This document shows positions 1 to 7,318 of a stretch of 36,938 nucleotides of DNA, one piece after another (the first letter of the stretch is position 1; the number at the start of each line of letters is the position of its first letter). The DNA comes from a virus. The DNA lies in the IMG/VR virus record IMGVR_UViG_3300017728_000040, positions 1 to 36,938 of that record; one strand, given 5' to 3'. Both the position numbers and the translations under genes were made by a program. The notes under the pieces were generated by a model that did no database searches, had not been told where the DNA came from, and worked only from the letters and a program-made list of their open reading frames with translations.

Positions 1-123
1 GAAACAAACAGTCAGTATGTAGGACCAAAGTTTTTTATGAGTCAAACAAAAGAGAGACAGCCTGTTGCTCTTTGTGTTTTAAATGTTGTTTCTGTAAACC
101 AACAATTTCATTTAAGAATGGAA
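1..123. repeat. Terminal direct repeat, copy 1 (exact match to 36816..36938)
   Basis: gaaacaaacagtcagtatgtagg...catttaagaatggaa is read identically at both window ends with no mismatch. It lies inside an open reading frame, so it is most simply a circular-assembly overlap or DTR. Confidence 0.95.
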
Positions 124-198
124 AAGAAAACAGGCAATTATCAACTAGGTGATTCGCGAGAGATGGAAGCTCTCAGCGTAAATGTTTATAAATTTTAA
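1..198 (+). CDS. 3' end of the wrap-around fibre-tip paralogue B (continues from 36369..36938; unique part is 124..198)
   Basis: Frame 1 is open from base 1 to TAA at 196..198. It is in phase with ATG 36369 (36816-36369 = 447 = 3x149). The joined product is about 214 aa. Confidence 0.8.
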   Translation, partial: ETNSQYVGPKFFMSQTKERQPVALCVLNVVSVNQQFHLRMEKKTGNYQLGDSREMEALSVNVYKF

Positions 199-209
199 AG
201 GATTAAAAA

Positions 210-569
210 ATGTATTTAAAAGTATATTGTTCAAGTGATATTAAAACAGGTGACGTTCTTCATTACAACACAACTTCTCAAGTTTGGGAAAGAGCAACGG
301 GCATAGATCATCCTTTGTGTGTAGCAAGTGAAGACGCTGTTTTAAGAAATGTTGACACAAATGATTATGCAGTCAAAGGCATCTTTGCAGGTCCTGTACT
401 TGCAAAAGCGTCACGCTCTATTCCCGTTCAAGGTGGTGAATTACAAGTAGAGAACGGGGCGGTCTTTGTTGATAATAGTGCTAACGGCAGCGGCATCATT
501 TGTCCTCAATTCATTGACAACACAGACCCAAGAAACGCAGGTGACTTGATTCAAGTGGTGATTCGATAA
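210..569 (+). CDS. Hypothetical beta-rich protein (possibly DUF2190-like)
   Basis: 119-aa ORF. ATG is preceded by AAGGA. Its pattern I-x-x-GD ... G-x-L ... G-x-V ... GDLIQVVI loosely resembles the decoration protein at 17060..17446. No catalytic motif recognised. Confidence 0.5.
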   Translation: MYLKVYCSSDIKTGDVLHYNTTSQVWERATGIDHPLCVASEDAVLRNVDTNDYAVKGIFAGPVLAKASRSIPVQGGELQVENGAVFVDNSANGSGIICPQFIDNTDPRNAGDLIQVVIR

Positions 570-907
570 TGTTCAACATCAAACTTGATTTAGAGAATGC
601 TGATAAGCTTTTGCAATCACCACTTGCAATTGCTGCTTTCTGTATTGCTCTATGTTTCATTTCCATTTTGATTGGCATGTCACATGGATCAACATCAAAG
701 AAAGAAGTGTGTAGTGAAGAACTTGAACTGGTCATTGTTCAAAGCAATCAGATTAAAGCACTCGAATCAAAGCATGCATCTTGTGTTGCTGATGGTGAAA
801 CGTCTTGCATTGAACGTGAACAAAGGTTGTGTAGAGTTGATAAGGAAGCAATCAAGTTGAACTGCAATGATTTGATTGATCGCATTATGAAGGATTTAAA
901 GAAATGA
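569..907 (+). CDS. Hypothetical membrane-anchored coiled-coil protein
   Basis: The start overlaps the previous stop (TAATG). An N-terminal hydrophobic span (LAIAAFCIALCFISILIGM) is followed by a heptad-like, Cys-containing region. Confidence 0.6.
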   Translation: MFNIKLDLENADKLLQSPLAIAAFCIALCFISILIGMSHGSTSKKEVCSEELELVIVQSNQIKALESKHASCVADGETSCIEREQRLCRVDKEAIKLNCNDLIDRIMKDLKK

Positions 908-1323
908 TCTTCAACATTCTTATACCTGCAATTTTACAACTTGGATTTGCAACCATCACTTTAGATGATGGCCATCAAGTTCATTCTAAGTTTGTTCCAT
1001 CAGGAACCATTTCACCAGCATCAGGCTTCATTGTTTCCGTTGGTGATATGGCAGATATTCAAAGTGCATTGCATGGAAACAGTTGCTTGATTCGAGTCAG
1101 TGAAATCAAGACACGCTTTGAACAAGAAGTCAAAGACAGAGTAGAACGTTGTGAGTCACGCATAAGCATATTTCAAAAGTCTCTTGACGAATCTAAACAA
1201 TTAAACAATCATCTTAAACAGAAGCTTGAACAAGAAGAGGTCTATTCAAATCGACTCCTGATTGTTTCAAGTGCGGTGGTTGGTGTGCTTGCTACATCAA
1301 CTTTGTATTTCAGTTTAAGGTGA
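904..1323 (+). CDS. Hypothetical protein with hydrophobic N-terminus, coiled coil and C-terminal TM segment
   Basis: ATGA overlap with the previous gene. C-terminal span LLIVSSAVVGVLATSTLYF. Central stretch is KQLNNHLKQKLEQEE. Confidence 0.6.
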   Translation: MIFNILIPAILQLGFATITLDDGHQVHSKFVPSGTISPASGFIVSVGDMADIQSALHGNSCLIRVSEIKTRFEQEVKDRVERCESRISIFQKSLDESKQLNNHLKQKLEQEEVYSNRLLIVSSAVVGVLATSTLYFSLR

Positions 1324-1330
1324 GGAATTA

Positions 1331-3343
1331 ATGCAAAATAAAATAATGGGTGAAGTGGTCTTTGCTTCACAATATGCAAGACAGACAGACACAGGCCGTG
1401 AATCATGGATTGATGCAGTTGATCGTGTGGTTGATATGCACATTGATAAATATCCACATTTGGCAAAAGAGATTGTTGAAGCGTTTCAACTTGTCAAAGA
1501 ACAGCGTGTTGTACCAAGTCAAAGATCCATGCAATTTGGCGGTAAAGCTATTCAACAAAGAAACATGAGAATCTACAACTGTACTTTCTCACCAGTTGAC
1601 AGACCACGGTTTTTCAGTGAGATGTTTTGGTTGCTTTTATGTGGATCAGGTACAGGGTTCAGTGTCAAAGAAAGAAACATCAAGAGACTACCTCGAATCG
1701 TGGGTGTTGAAAAACATGCAAGACGTAAATCATTAACACATGTTGTTCAAGACTCCATCGAAGGATGGAGTGAAGCACTTCAAGCATTGCTTGATTCATA
1801 CTTTCATGTTGATTACTTTGAACACGCAATTGACCATGAAGTGTTTTTTGATTACTCGCAAGTAAGGCCACGGGGTGCACCTATTTCATCAGGTGGAATT
1901 GCACCAGGGCATGAACCACTTGAAGCATGTTTAAATGAAATCAGACACATCTTAGTTTCAAGACTAGGTAAACGTCTAAGGTCAATTGATGTGTTTGACA
2001 TGTGTATGTCTTTATCAGCTGCTGTACTTTCAGGAGGTGTCAGAAGATCTGCATCAATCTGTTTGTTTGATAAAGATGATGAGTTGATGTTGAATGCAAA
2101 GGTAGGTGAGTGGTATATCACACATCCTAATCGAGCATATGCAAACATCAGTTCAAACATCATCACAGATGGAACAGAAAAGAAATCAGATGTTGAAAAG
2201 GCCGTTGATCTAAACAGCAACTTTGGTGAACCTGGTGTGTTCTTTTCCAATGCTCCTGACTTTGGAACGAATCCATGTTGTGAAATTGGCTTATGGCCTT
2301 ATTGGGTTCAATCACCAGCGGGTGAAACTGTCTACAAGGTTCCACTCTCAATGAGTAGGAATAAAGAACAGCTTGAAAAAACAGGGTGGAAATTCAGAAG
2401 TGGATGGAGTGTGTGCAATCTTACTGAGATTAACATGCAAGAGAACAAGACTTTTGAAAAGTTCATGGAATCATGCAGGGCAGCTGCATTCATTGGAACA
2501 CTTCAAGCGGGCTATACAAACACGGGGTATCTTGGTCTTGTATCAAAGAAGATCATTGAGCAAGAAGCATTGATAGGTGTTTCCTTGACAGGTATGTATT
2601 CTAATTTCAGTGTTTCTTTCTCACCAAAGATTCTTGAAGCGGGTGCAAAAGCTGTGGTTGAAGAGAACATGCGAGTTGCTCAAATGATTGGAATCAACTA
2701 TGCATCAAGAACAACATGCATCAAACCAAGTGGGAATACATCCACGCTACTTGGTACAAGTGCAGGCATCCATCCATTTCATGCAAAGCGTTGGATCAGA
2801 ACCATACGTTTAAGCAAGATCAATCCTGTGTGGAAAGAAATCAAGGAACATCTACCATCCTGCATCATTGATCAAGAAGGTGATACAGGCATTGTTCAAT
2901 TCGCTTGCGAGGTTCCTGATGTTAATTCATGGATCAGAGATGAAGTGAATGCACAATACCATATCGAGCAAGTCAACTTAGTTCAAAAGCATTGGGTATT
3001 ACCTGGTAGTGCAAACAGTAGAGTTGAAGGTTTAACACATAACGTTTCAAACACTTGCACAATCAAGGCACATGAATGGTTGTTTGTTGCTGATTGGCTT
3101 TGGAAGATTAGACACACAGTCAAGGGCGTTGCAATGATGCCTGATGCTGGTGACTATATATATGAGAATGCACCATACCAAACAGTATTAGACAATTCAT
3201 TGAGTGAAGCAAAGTGGAAAATGTTAGCAAAGGTTGACTGGTCTGTGATTGACTTTACTAAAATCTATGGTGGAAATGATGCACACTTAACAGGTGCATG
3301 TGATGGTCAGAAATGCGAAATGCCTTTACTCAAACAAGGGTAG
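1331..3343 (+). CDS. nrdJ: Ribonucleotide reductase, class II (adenosylcobalamin-dependent, monomeric RTPR-like)
   Basis: 670 aa with SD GGTGAGGA. The active-site finger is GTNPCCEIGL (the N-P-C-x-E pattern). A C-terminal CDGQKC cysteine pair is typical of the reducing tail. No separate radical-generating subunit gene is present. Confidence 0.8.
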   Translation: MQNKIMGEVVFASQYARQTDTGRESWIDAVDRVVDMHIDKYPHLAKEIVEAFQLVKEQRVVPSQRSMQFGGKAIQQRNMRIYNCTFSPVDRPRFFSEMFWLLLCGSGTGFSVKERNIKRLPRIVGVEKHARRKSLTHVVQDSIEGWSEALQALLDSYFHVDYFEHAIDHEVFFDYSQVRPRGAPISSGGIAPGHEPLEACLNEIRHILVSRLGKRLRSIDVFDMCMSLSAAVLSGGVRRSASICLFDKDDELMLNAKVGEWYITHPNRAYANISSNIITDGTEKKSDVEKAVDLNSNFGEPGVFFSNAPDFGTNPCCEIGLWPYWVQSPAGETVYKVPLSMSRNKEQLEKTGWKFRSGWSVCNLTEINMQENKTFEKFMESCRAAAFIGTLQAGYTNTGYLGLVSKKIIEQEALIGVSLTGMYSNFSVSFSPKILEAGAKAVVEENMRVAQMIGINYASRTTCIKPSGNTSTLLGTSAGIHPFHAKRWIRTIRLSKINPVWKEIKEHLPSCIIDQEGDTGIVQFACEVPDVNSWIRDEVNAQYHIEQVNLVQKHWVLPGSANSRVEGLTHNVSNTCTIKAHEWLFVADWLWKIRHTVKGVAMMPDAGDYIYENAPYQTVLDNSLSEAKWKMLAKVDWSVIDFTKIYGGNDAHLTGACDGQKCEMPLLKQG

Positions 3344-4549
3344 TGTTTGCATGATGTCATCATACATGGCTTGATTAAATAAGTTCTCATCTTTGGTGAT
3401 GGTGTCAAGGATGTCTTCTTGTGTCTCTTCACTGATCAAGTCTTTAGATAAAAGCTTCTGAGTGAAGTGTGCAAGTTCACTAAACCAAGGTGAACAAGTC
3501 CACTTGATTACATTCACGCAATATCCAAGCAAGTCATCATCACGGTTCTTGCTATAACAAGTACCATAAAACGCATCAAACATGGCAGCCAATGAATCAG
3601 AGTCAACATCCTTAAGACCTTCTCTTGTGAATCCTGCTAAGCGTCCATTCTTTAAGATCACTCGCAATGGTGAGAACATAATAGGATAAAAGAAACGCCT
3701 AAAGTGAAACTCATCCATTTCAGTTGGTGAAGTGCCATCTGAATAATTAGAAAGGGCCTGCAAAGAATCATCAACATCAATACCCTCATCTGTCAATTCT
3801 TGCAGTACAGTGCTGATATTTGTGAAGTCTCTTAGGTGAAACTTAGGATCTTGAGGTGATACATGAACCACTTTATGTGCAGGTTGTGGTGCAGGTTGTG
3901 GTGCAGGTGGTTGACTTACTTTAGACTTTTTTTTTAAGTCGTATGGAATACGTTCACCATTGGATGCATAAGCAATGCGTTCAACTTCATCAGCATCATC
4001 AAGGATTTGTTCAGCAAGTTCATCAGGACTGTTGGCAGTTCCAACTACATCAGGAAAGACCACACGGCACAATGCTGTAGCAGCTCGCTTTCCACACATC
4101 ACCAAAGGCATCTGTTTCCATGTTTTATTGTTATCATTGCCACGCATTCTGCAATCATACATTGTGAAAGTCCATTCATGAACAGGTGCGTCAATTCCAT
4201 ATTCCTTGGCAAAGTCTAGTTCATCAGTACGCATTGCAGTGTATCGAATGCCAACAGTATGAGGATTGACGTTACCTTGATCGTCATATTCTGGTGTCAA
4301 TGCTTCTGCCTTCATCATTGCACAGATCTTCTTGCCTGTGGTTGGATCCACAAAGCCGCGCACAATTCCAACCATGGCATCAGCATTCAATGCAGGCTTG
4401 CCATGTATACAATATGTTTGAGACATACAAGCAAGTGCATTGTAGTTGAAGAGGTGACCAAAGGTCAGAAAGCATTTGATGTTGTCATCATAATCACGTT
4501 GGCTGGTTGAATTGTTCTTGATGATTTCGTCATGTTGTGGATTAAGCAT
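3326..4549 (-). CDS. RecT/Red-beta-like single-strand annealing protein fused to an unknown C-terminal domain
   Basis: 407 aa with SD AAAGGAGAACA. N-terminal blocks are CIHGKPALNADAMVGIV and KTWKQMPLVMCGKRAATALCRVVFPDV..SPDELAE. A PPAPQPAPQPA linker follows, then about 190 aa of unknown sequence ending in QTLPLFE. Confidence 0.55.
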   Translation of the reverse strand: MLNPQHDEIIKNNSTSQRDYDDNIKCFLTFGHLFNYNALACMSQTYCIHGKPALNADAMVGIVRGFVDPTTGKKICAMMKAEALTPEYDDQGNVNPHTVGIRYTAMRTDELDFAKEYGIDAPVHEWTFTMYDCRMRGNDNNKTWKQMPLVMCGKRAATALCRVVFPDVVGTANSPDELAEQILDDADEVERIAYASNGERIPYDLKKKSKVSQPPAPQPAPQPAHKVVHVSPQDPKFHLRDFTNISTVLQELTDEGIDVDDSLQALSNYSDGTSPTEMDEFHFRRFFYPIMFSPLRVILKNGRLAGFTREGLKDVDSDSLAAMFDAFYGTCYSKNRDDDLLGYCVNVIKWTCSPWFSELAHFTQKLLSKDLISEETQEDILDTITKDENLFNQAMYDDIMQTLPLFE

Positions 4550-4576
4550 ATTGTTCTCCTTTTATATGCGTCTTAA

Positions 4577-4783
4577 TTATTGATTAGATAAAATAAGTGA
4601 AGTGGTTTTAAGTGTAGAGGTTGAAGGGGCCTTGACTACAGAATGATTGCCACGGCGTTCTTTACAGTTCTCTTGAAATTGCAAGACCAGACTTGATGCA
4701 AAGATGATCAAGATTAAGATTGCAAATAGTTCAATGCGTTGGGTTTGCTTTAAGCGTTGATTGTAATTCATTTTAATATCCAA
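4577..4783 (-). CDS. Small membrane protein
   Basis: 68-aa ORF with one hydrophobic span (LFAILILIIFASSLVL). It overlaps the end of the upstream HTH gene. Confidence 0.45.
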   Translation of the reverse strand: MDIKMNYNQRLKQTQRIELFAILILIIFASSLVLQFQENCKERRGNHSVVKAPSTSTLKTTSLILSNQ

Positions 4784-4985
4784 AGTCAGTTAAGTCATAA
4801 GTGTTCGATGTAAGTTTGTTGAGTGATTCACAAAGCTTAGTTGCGACTCTGTAAGACATTGGCAGCTTACCATTAAGTATTCTAGTCAGATGCTCATATG
4901 AACAATCCATGTCTTTTGCAAGTGTACGCATTGACATATAGTTTTTAGTTAAGTCATTAGTGATTTGATGCTTCATGTGTTTCAT
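4773..4985 (-). CDS. XRE/Cro-type helix-turn-helix regulator
   Basis: 70 aa. MSMRTLAKDMDCSYEHLTRILNGK fits an HTH. SD is TAAAGGAGAG. It is the second gene of the leftward early unit. Confidence 0.7.
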   Translation of the reverse strand: MKHMKHQITNDLTKNYMSMRTLAKDMDCSYEHLTRILNGKLPMSYRVATKLCESLNKLTSNTYDLTDFGY

Positions 4986-5497
4986 TAAATCTCTCCTTTA
5001 TATGTTAATAAGTCTTCTCTGTTTACTAAATGAACAGAATATACTGTTCCTTGTTCGTCTTCTGATCTGCACGCAATAAATCCGTTTTCACGAGCTGTTT
5101 TTGCTTGATAGCCTTGAACGTACCAGGAAAGCTCTCCAATTAATTCGTAACCATATTCTTCAATAGAAGAGTCGTTCTCTTCTAAAGCTTCTTGAATCAA
5201 GTCGCTTATGTCTTCGCTCTCTGTTATCAAGTCAAAGATTTGATCATCGTCTAATGTAAGATCAAAAAGACAGTTTGTAATATGCTTTGCTTCTTCAATA
5301 ATTTCTTGAGTAGGTTCAAGATCATAGTAGTCAATGACCTGATCTTCGTTAATCTCTAAAGTATACAAATGAACTTCCTTACTCATTGTCATTGTGTAAA
5401 TGTCAGTAGAGAAAAAAAGAGCGCCTTCAAAGTATTCATGATTTGAATTGATAGTCTCAATGATTGATGGGCTTGTATGATTTAAGATGAAAGACAT
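4985..5497 (-). CDS. Acidic early protein (function unknown; anti-restriction or DNA-mimic candidate)
   Basis: Start moved to ATG 5497, which has an AAGGA SD. The ATG at 5533 falls inside the predicted PL spacer. The central 70 aa are very rich in D/E (DYYDLEPTQEIIEE...DDDQIFDLITESEDISDLIQEALEENDSSIEE). Confidence 0.6.
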   Translation of the reverse strand: MSFILNHTSPSIIETINSNHEYFEGALFFSTDIYTMTMSKEVHLYTLEINEDQVIDYYDLEPTQEIIEEAKHITNCLFDLTLDDDQIFDLITESEDISDLIQEALEENDSSIEEYGYELIGELSWYVQGYQAKTARENGFIACRSEDEQGTVYSVHLVNREDLLTYKGEI

Positions 5498-5524
5498 ATT
5501 AGATTCCTTTTCGTTGATGTATTG

Positions 5525-5553
5525 TTTGTACATTTATTTATTCACTATGTCAA
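5525..5553 (-). promoter_or_regulatory. Predicted leftward early promoter (-35 TTGACA, 17-nt spacer, -10 TACAAA)
   Basis: The reverse complement of 5548..5553 is TTGACA and that of 5525..5530 is TACAAA. Confidence 0.45.
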
Positions 5554-5582
5554 ATATAAATTGATAAAAAAAGCAAATAAAG

Positions 5583-5600
5583 TTTGACATGGTTGTCAAA
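5583..5600. promoter_or_regulatory. Palindromic operator candidate TTTGACA-TGGT-TGTCAAA
   Basis: Perfect 7-bp inverted repeat overlapping the -35 of the rightward promoter. A third TGTCAAA half-site lies at 5548..5554. Confidence 0.5.
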
Positions 5601-5612
5601 TGAACATAAAAC
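5584..5612 (+). promoter_or_regulatory. Predicted rightward early promoter (-35 TTGACA, 17-nt spacer, -10 TAAAAC)
   Basis: TTGACA at 5584..5589 and TAAAAC at 5607..5612. SD and ATG 5642 follow. Confidence 0.45.
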
Positions 5613-5641
5613 TTAGATTCATCTTATATAAAGGAGAACAC

Positions 5642-6292
5642 ATGAAGGAATATGAGGTAAGACAATTAATCCTTAAGTCTGAATTGAAGGCAATGGAAAA
5701 GGTCGTTATGTTTGCAATCTTAATGCGTGTGGACTGGTCAACATTCAGTGGTCAAGTCAGTGCAAGTCTGCTAGTTGAATCAACAGGTGGAACATTACCC
5801 ACTATAAAGCGAACACTTTCACAGCTAGTCAAGAAAGGGTGGATCACTCGAACATCAAGATACATTGAACGCACTAAATCAACCGCCGCTTTTACAACTA
5901 TCCAACTTGATAAAGTGGGTATCAAGAATGATACCGTATCAAATATGAACCGTATCAAACTTGATACCCCCACAGTATCAAACTTGATACCCCCCCGTAT
6001 CAAATCTGATACCCCTAGCAGTATCAAACTTGATACCCATACAGTTAGTAACAATATTAATTCAGTTAATAACAATATAGAAGAAACTGAAACACTTGAT
6101 GAAAAGGAAGTGGATCAAAATTGCATTGAGGGGGAAAGTGAATTTTGGATTTACCCTTCATCCATAGAAGACGCAGTTACTAGAAGAAGAACAGAAGAGT
6201 ATATTCAAGCACATCCAAATATGACATATTCAGACAAGCAAAGATTACTCTATCCACAACTAAGCAAGCCTATGTGGTCCACAAACAACTAA
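5642..6292 (+). CDS. Replication initiator, lambda O-like (winged-helix N-terminus, origin embedded in the gene)
   Basis: Start set at ATG 5642 (SD AAAGGAGAACAC). The N-terminal segment TLPTIKRTLSQLVKKGWITRT is wHTH-like. Iterons and an AT-rich tract lie mid-gene. Confidence 0.65.
   Translation: MKEYEVRQLILKSELKAMEKVVMFAILMRVDWSTFSGQVSASLLVESTGGTLPTIKRTLSQLVKKGWITRTSRYIERTKSTAAFTTIQLDKVGIKNDTVSNMNRIKLDTPTVSNLIPPRIKSDTPSSIKLDTHTVSNNINSVNNNIEETETLDEKEVDQNCIEGESEFWIYPSSIEDAVTRRRTEEYIQAHPNMTYSDKQRLLYPQLSKPMWSTNN
5919..6038. repeat. Iteron array (six copies of GTATCAAAYYTGATACCC, each an internal palindrome)
   Basis: Copies start at 5919, 5936, 5952, 5975, 5997 and 6021. Three are exact GTATCAAACTTGATACCC. 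Spacing is 16-24 bp. Confidence 0.85.
6039..6080. promoter_or_regulatory. AT-rich tract with two 16-mers (candidate DNA-unwinding element of the origin)
   Basis: CAGTTAGTAACAATAT at 6042..6057 and CAGTTAATAACAATAT at 6063..6078 differ by one base and are 21 bp apart. The tract lies immediately after the iterons. Confidence 0.55.
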
Positions 6293-6316
6293 ATGAAATC
6301 ATGCAAAGGAGAACAC

Positions 6317-7312
6317 ATGAAATCAATTAAGCAAGCAATCAAAGACTTTGACCTAGATCATTGGGCACGTTCATTGAGAGTCAACAGCATCAAAACAAAT
6401 GTATCAAAGCCCAACATCATTCACCATCGTCACCTCGAACAAGCAAACTTACTTACTAAAGAAGTCATTGCAGGTGTCCCACAAATCAAAGTTAATCTCT
6501 TAAACTCTTGTGAATACAATGGGTGTACTGCATCACATTCAGGTATACACACAAGACAAGAAACCAAGATCCTTGATGATGTTAAACCATATGAACCTGT
6601 GATGATTGAAGATGATCAAGGCAAGAAAACAGAAGATGTTTCAAAACGTCCTGATGATCTAATCATTGATGATGATGGTTTATGGGTACCAGTTCAACAC
6701 AGGTATACCTTTGGTATTCCATGCAAGTTCTGTGGATTGATCAACAAACATCTACTTGATTTTAAAAACAGTGGTTTAACATCTGATGCTATTGGCAAGC
6801 ATGTTGACAACTATGACTTCGAAGAAGGTCTTAAACAATTGTCTCTTGACTTTGTTCAAGGCAAGCACCAAGGCGGTCTGATTTATGGAAACACAGGAAA
6901 TGGAAAGACACACTTGCTTTGTGCCATTGCTCGTGAATTGATCTTTGCAGGTAAGAAGGTCAGATACGTTTCACATCAACAGCTGCTAGAGAACATCAAG
7001 AAATCCTTTGATAAGAATAGTGATGTTAGTGATCCAAGGTATTCATGGCTTGATGGTGTTCAAGTAGTCCTGTTTGATGAACTTGGATTCTTTAGACAGA
7101 ATGAGTGGAGTCGTCAAACAACTAATGAACTAATCCATGCAATCCATGCAGCAGGCGTTCAAGTGCTGTTTGCTTCCAATCTCACACCACGCCAAATGAA
7201 ACAACAGTTCTTGGATATAAGATCAATCAGTCGAATCAGTGGCATGTGTCAAGACTTCAAGTTTGAAATGAAGGGTGAAGACAGACGAGCATCTGATGAT
7301 TTTTGGAAATAA
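6317..7312 (+). CDS. DnaC/IstB-like AAA+ helicase loader with N-terminal extension
   Basis: Start set at ATG 6317 (SD AAAGGAGAACAC). Walker A is GNTGNGKTHL and Walker B is VVLFDELG. Confidence 0.75.
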   Translation: MKSIKQAIKDFDLDHWARSLRVNSIKTNVSKPNIIHHRHLEQANLLTKEVIAGVPQIKVNLLNSCEYNGCTASHSGIHTRQETKILDDVKPYEPVMIEDDQGKKTEDVSKRPDDLIIDDDGLWVPVQHRYTFGIPCKFCGLINKHLLDFKNSGLTSDAIGKHVDNYDFEEGLKQLSLDFVQGKHQGGLIYGNTGNGKTHLLCAIARELIFAGKKVRYVSHQQLLENIKKSFDKNSDVSDPRYSWLDGVQVVLFDELGFFRQNEWSRQTTNELIHAIHAAGVQVLFASNLTPRQMKQQFLDIRSISRISGMCQDFKFEMKGEDRRASDDFWK

Positions 7313-7318
7313 AAAAAA

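Noticed and set aside
1-123. The terminal repeat as an LTR, IS end or attachment site
   Set aside because: It is direct and exact, and it lies inside a continuous reading frame that is restored by circularisation. No transposase or integrase is present.
3878-3913. The 12-bp tandem repeat (tgcaggttgtgg x2 plus a variant) as a regulatory microsatellite
   Set aside because: It is in frame on the minus strand and encodes the PQPAPQPAPQPA inter-domain linker of the annealase fusion.
5600-5641. Upstream-extended starts given in the ORF track (5600, 6293, 8996, 9336, 9499, 25656, 27903, 35696 and 5533 on the minus strand)
   Set aside because: In each case an internal ATG has a proper SD or abuts the previous stop. 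The extension overlaps the upstream gene or a predicted promoter, so the shorter coordinates were used.
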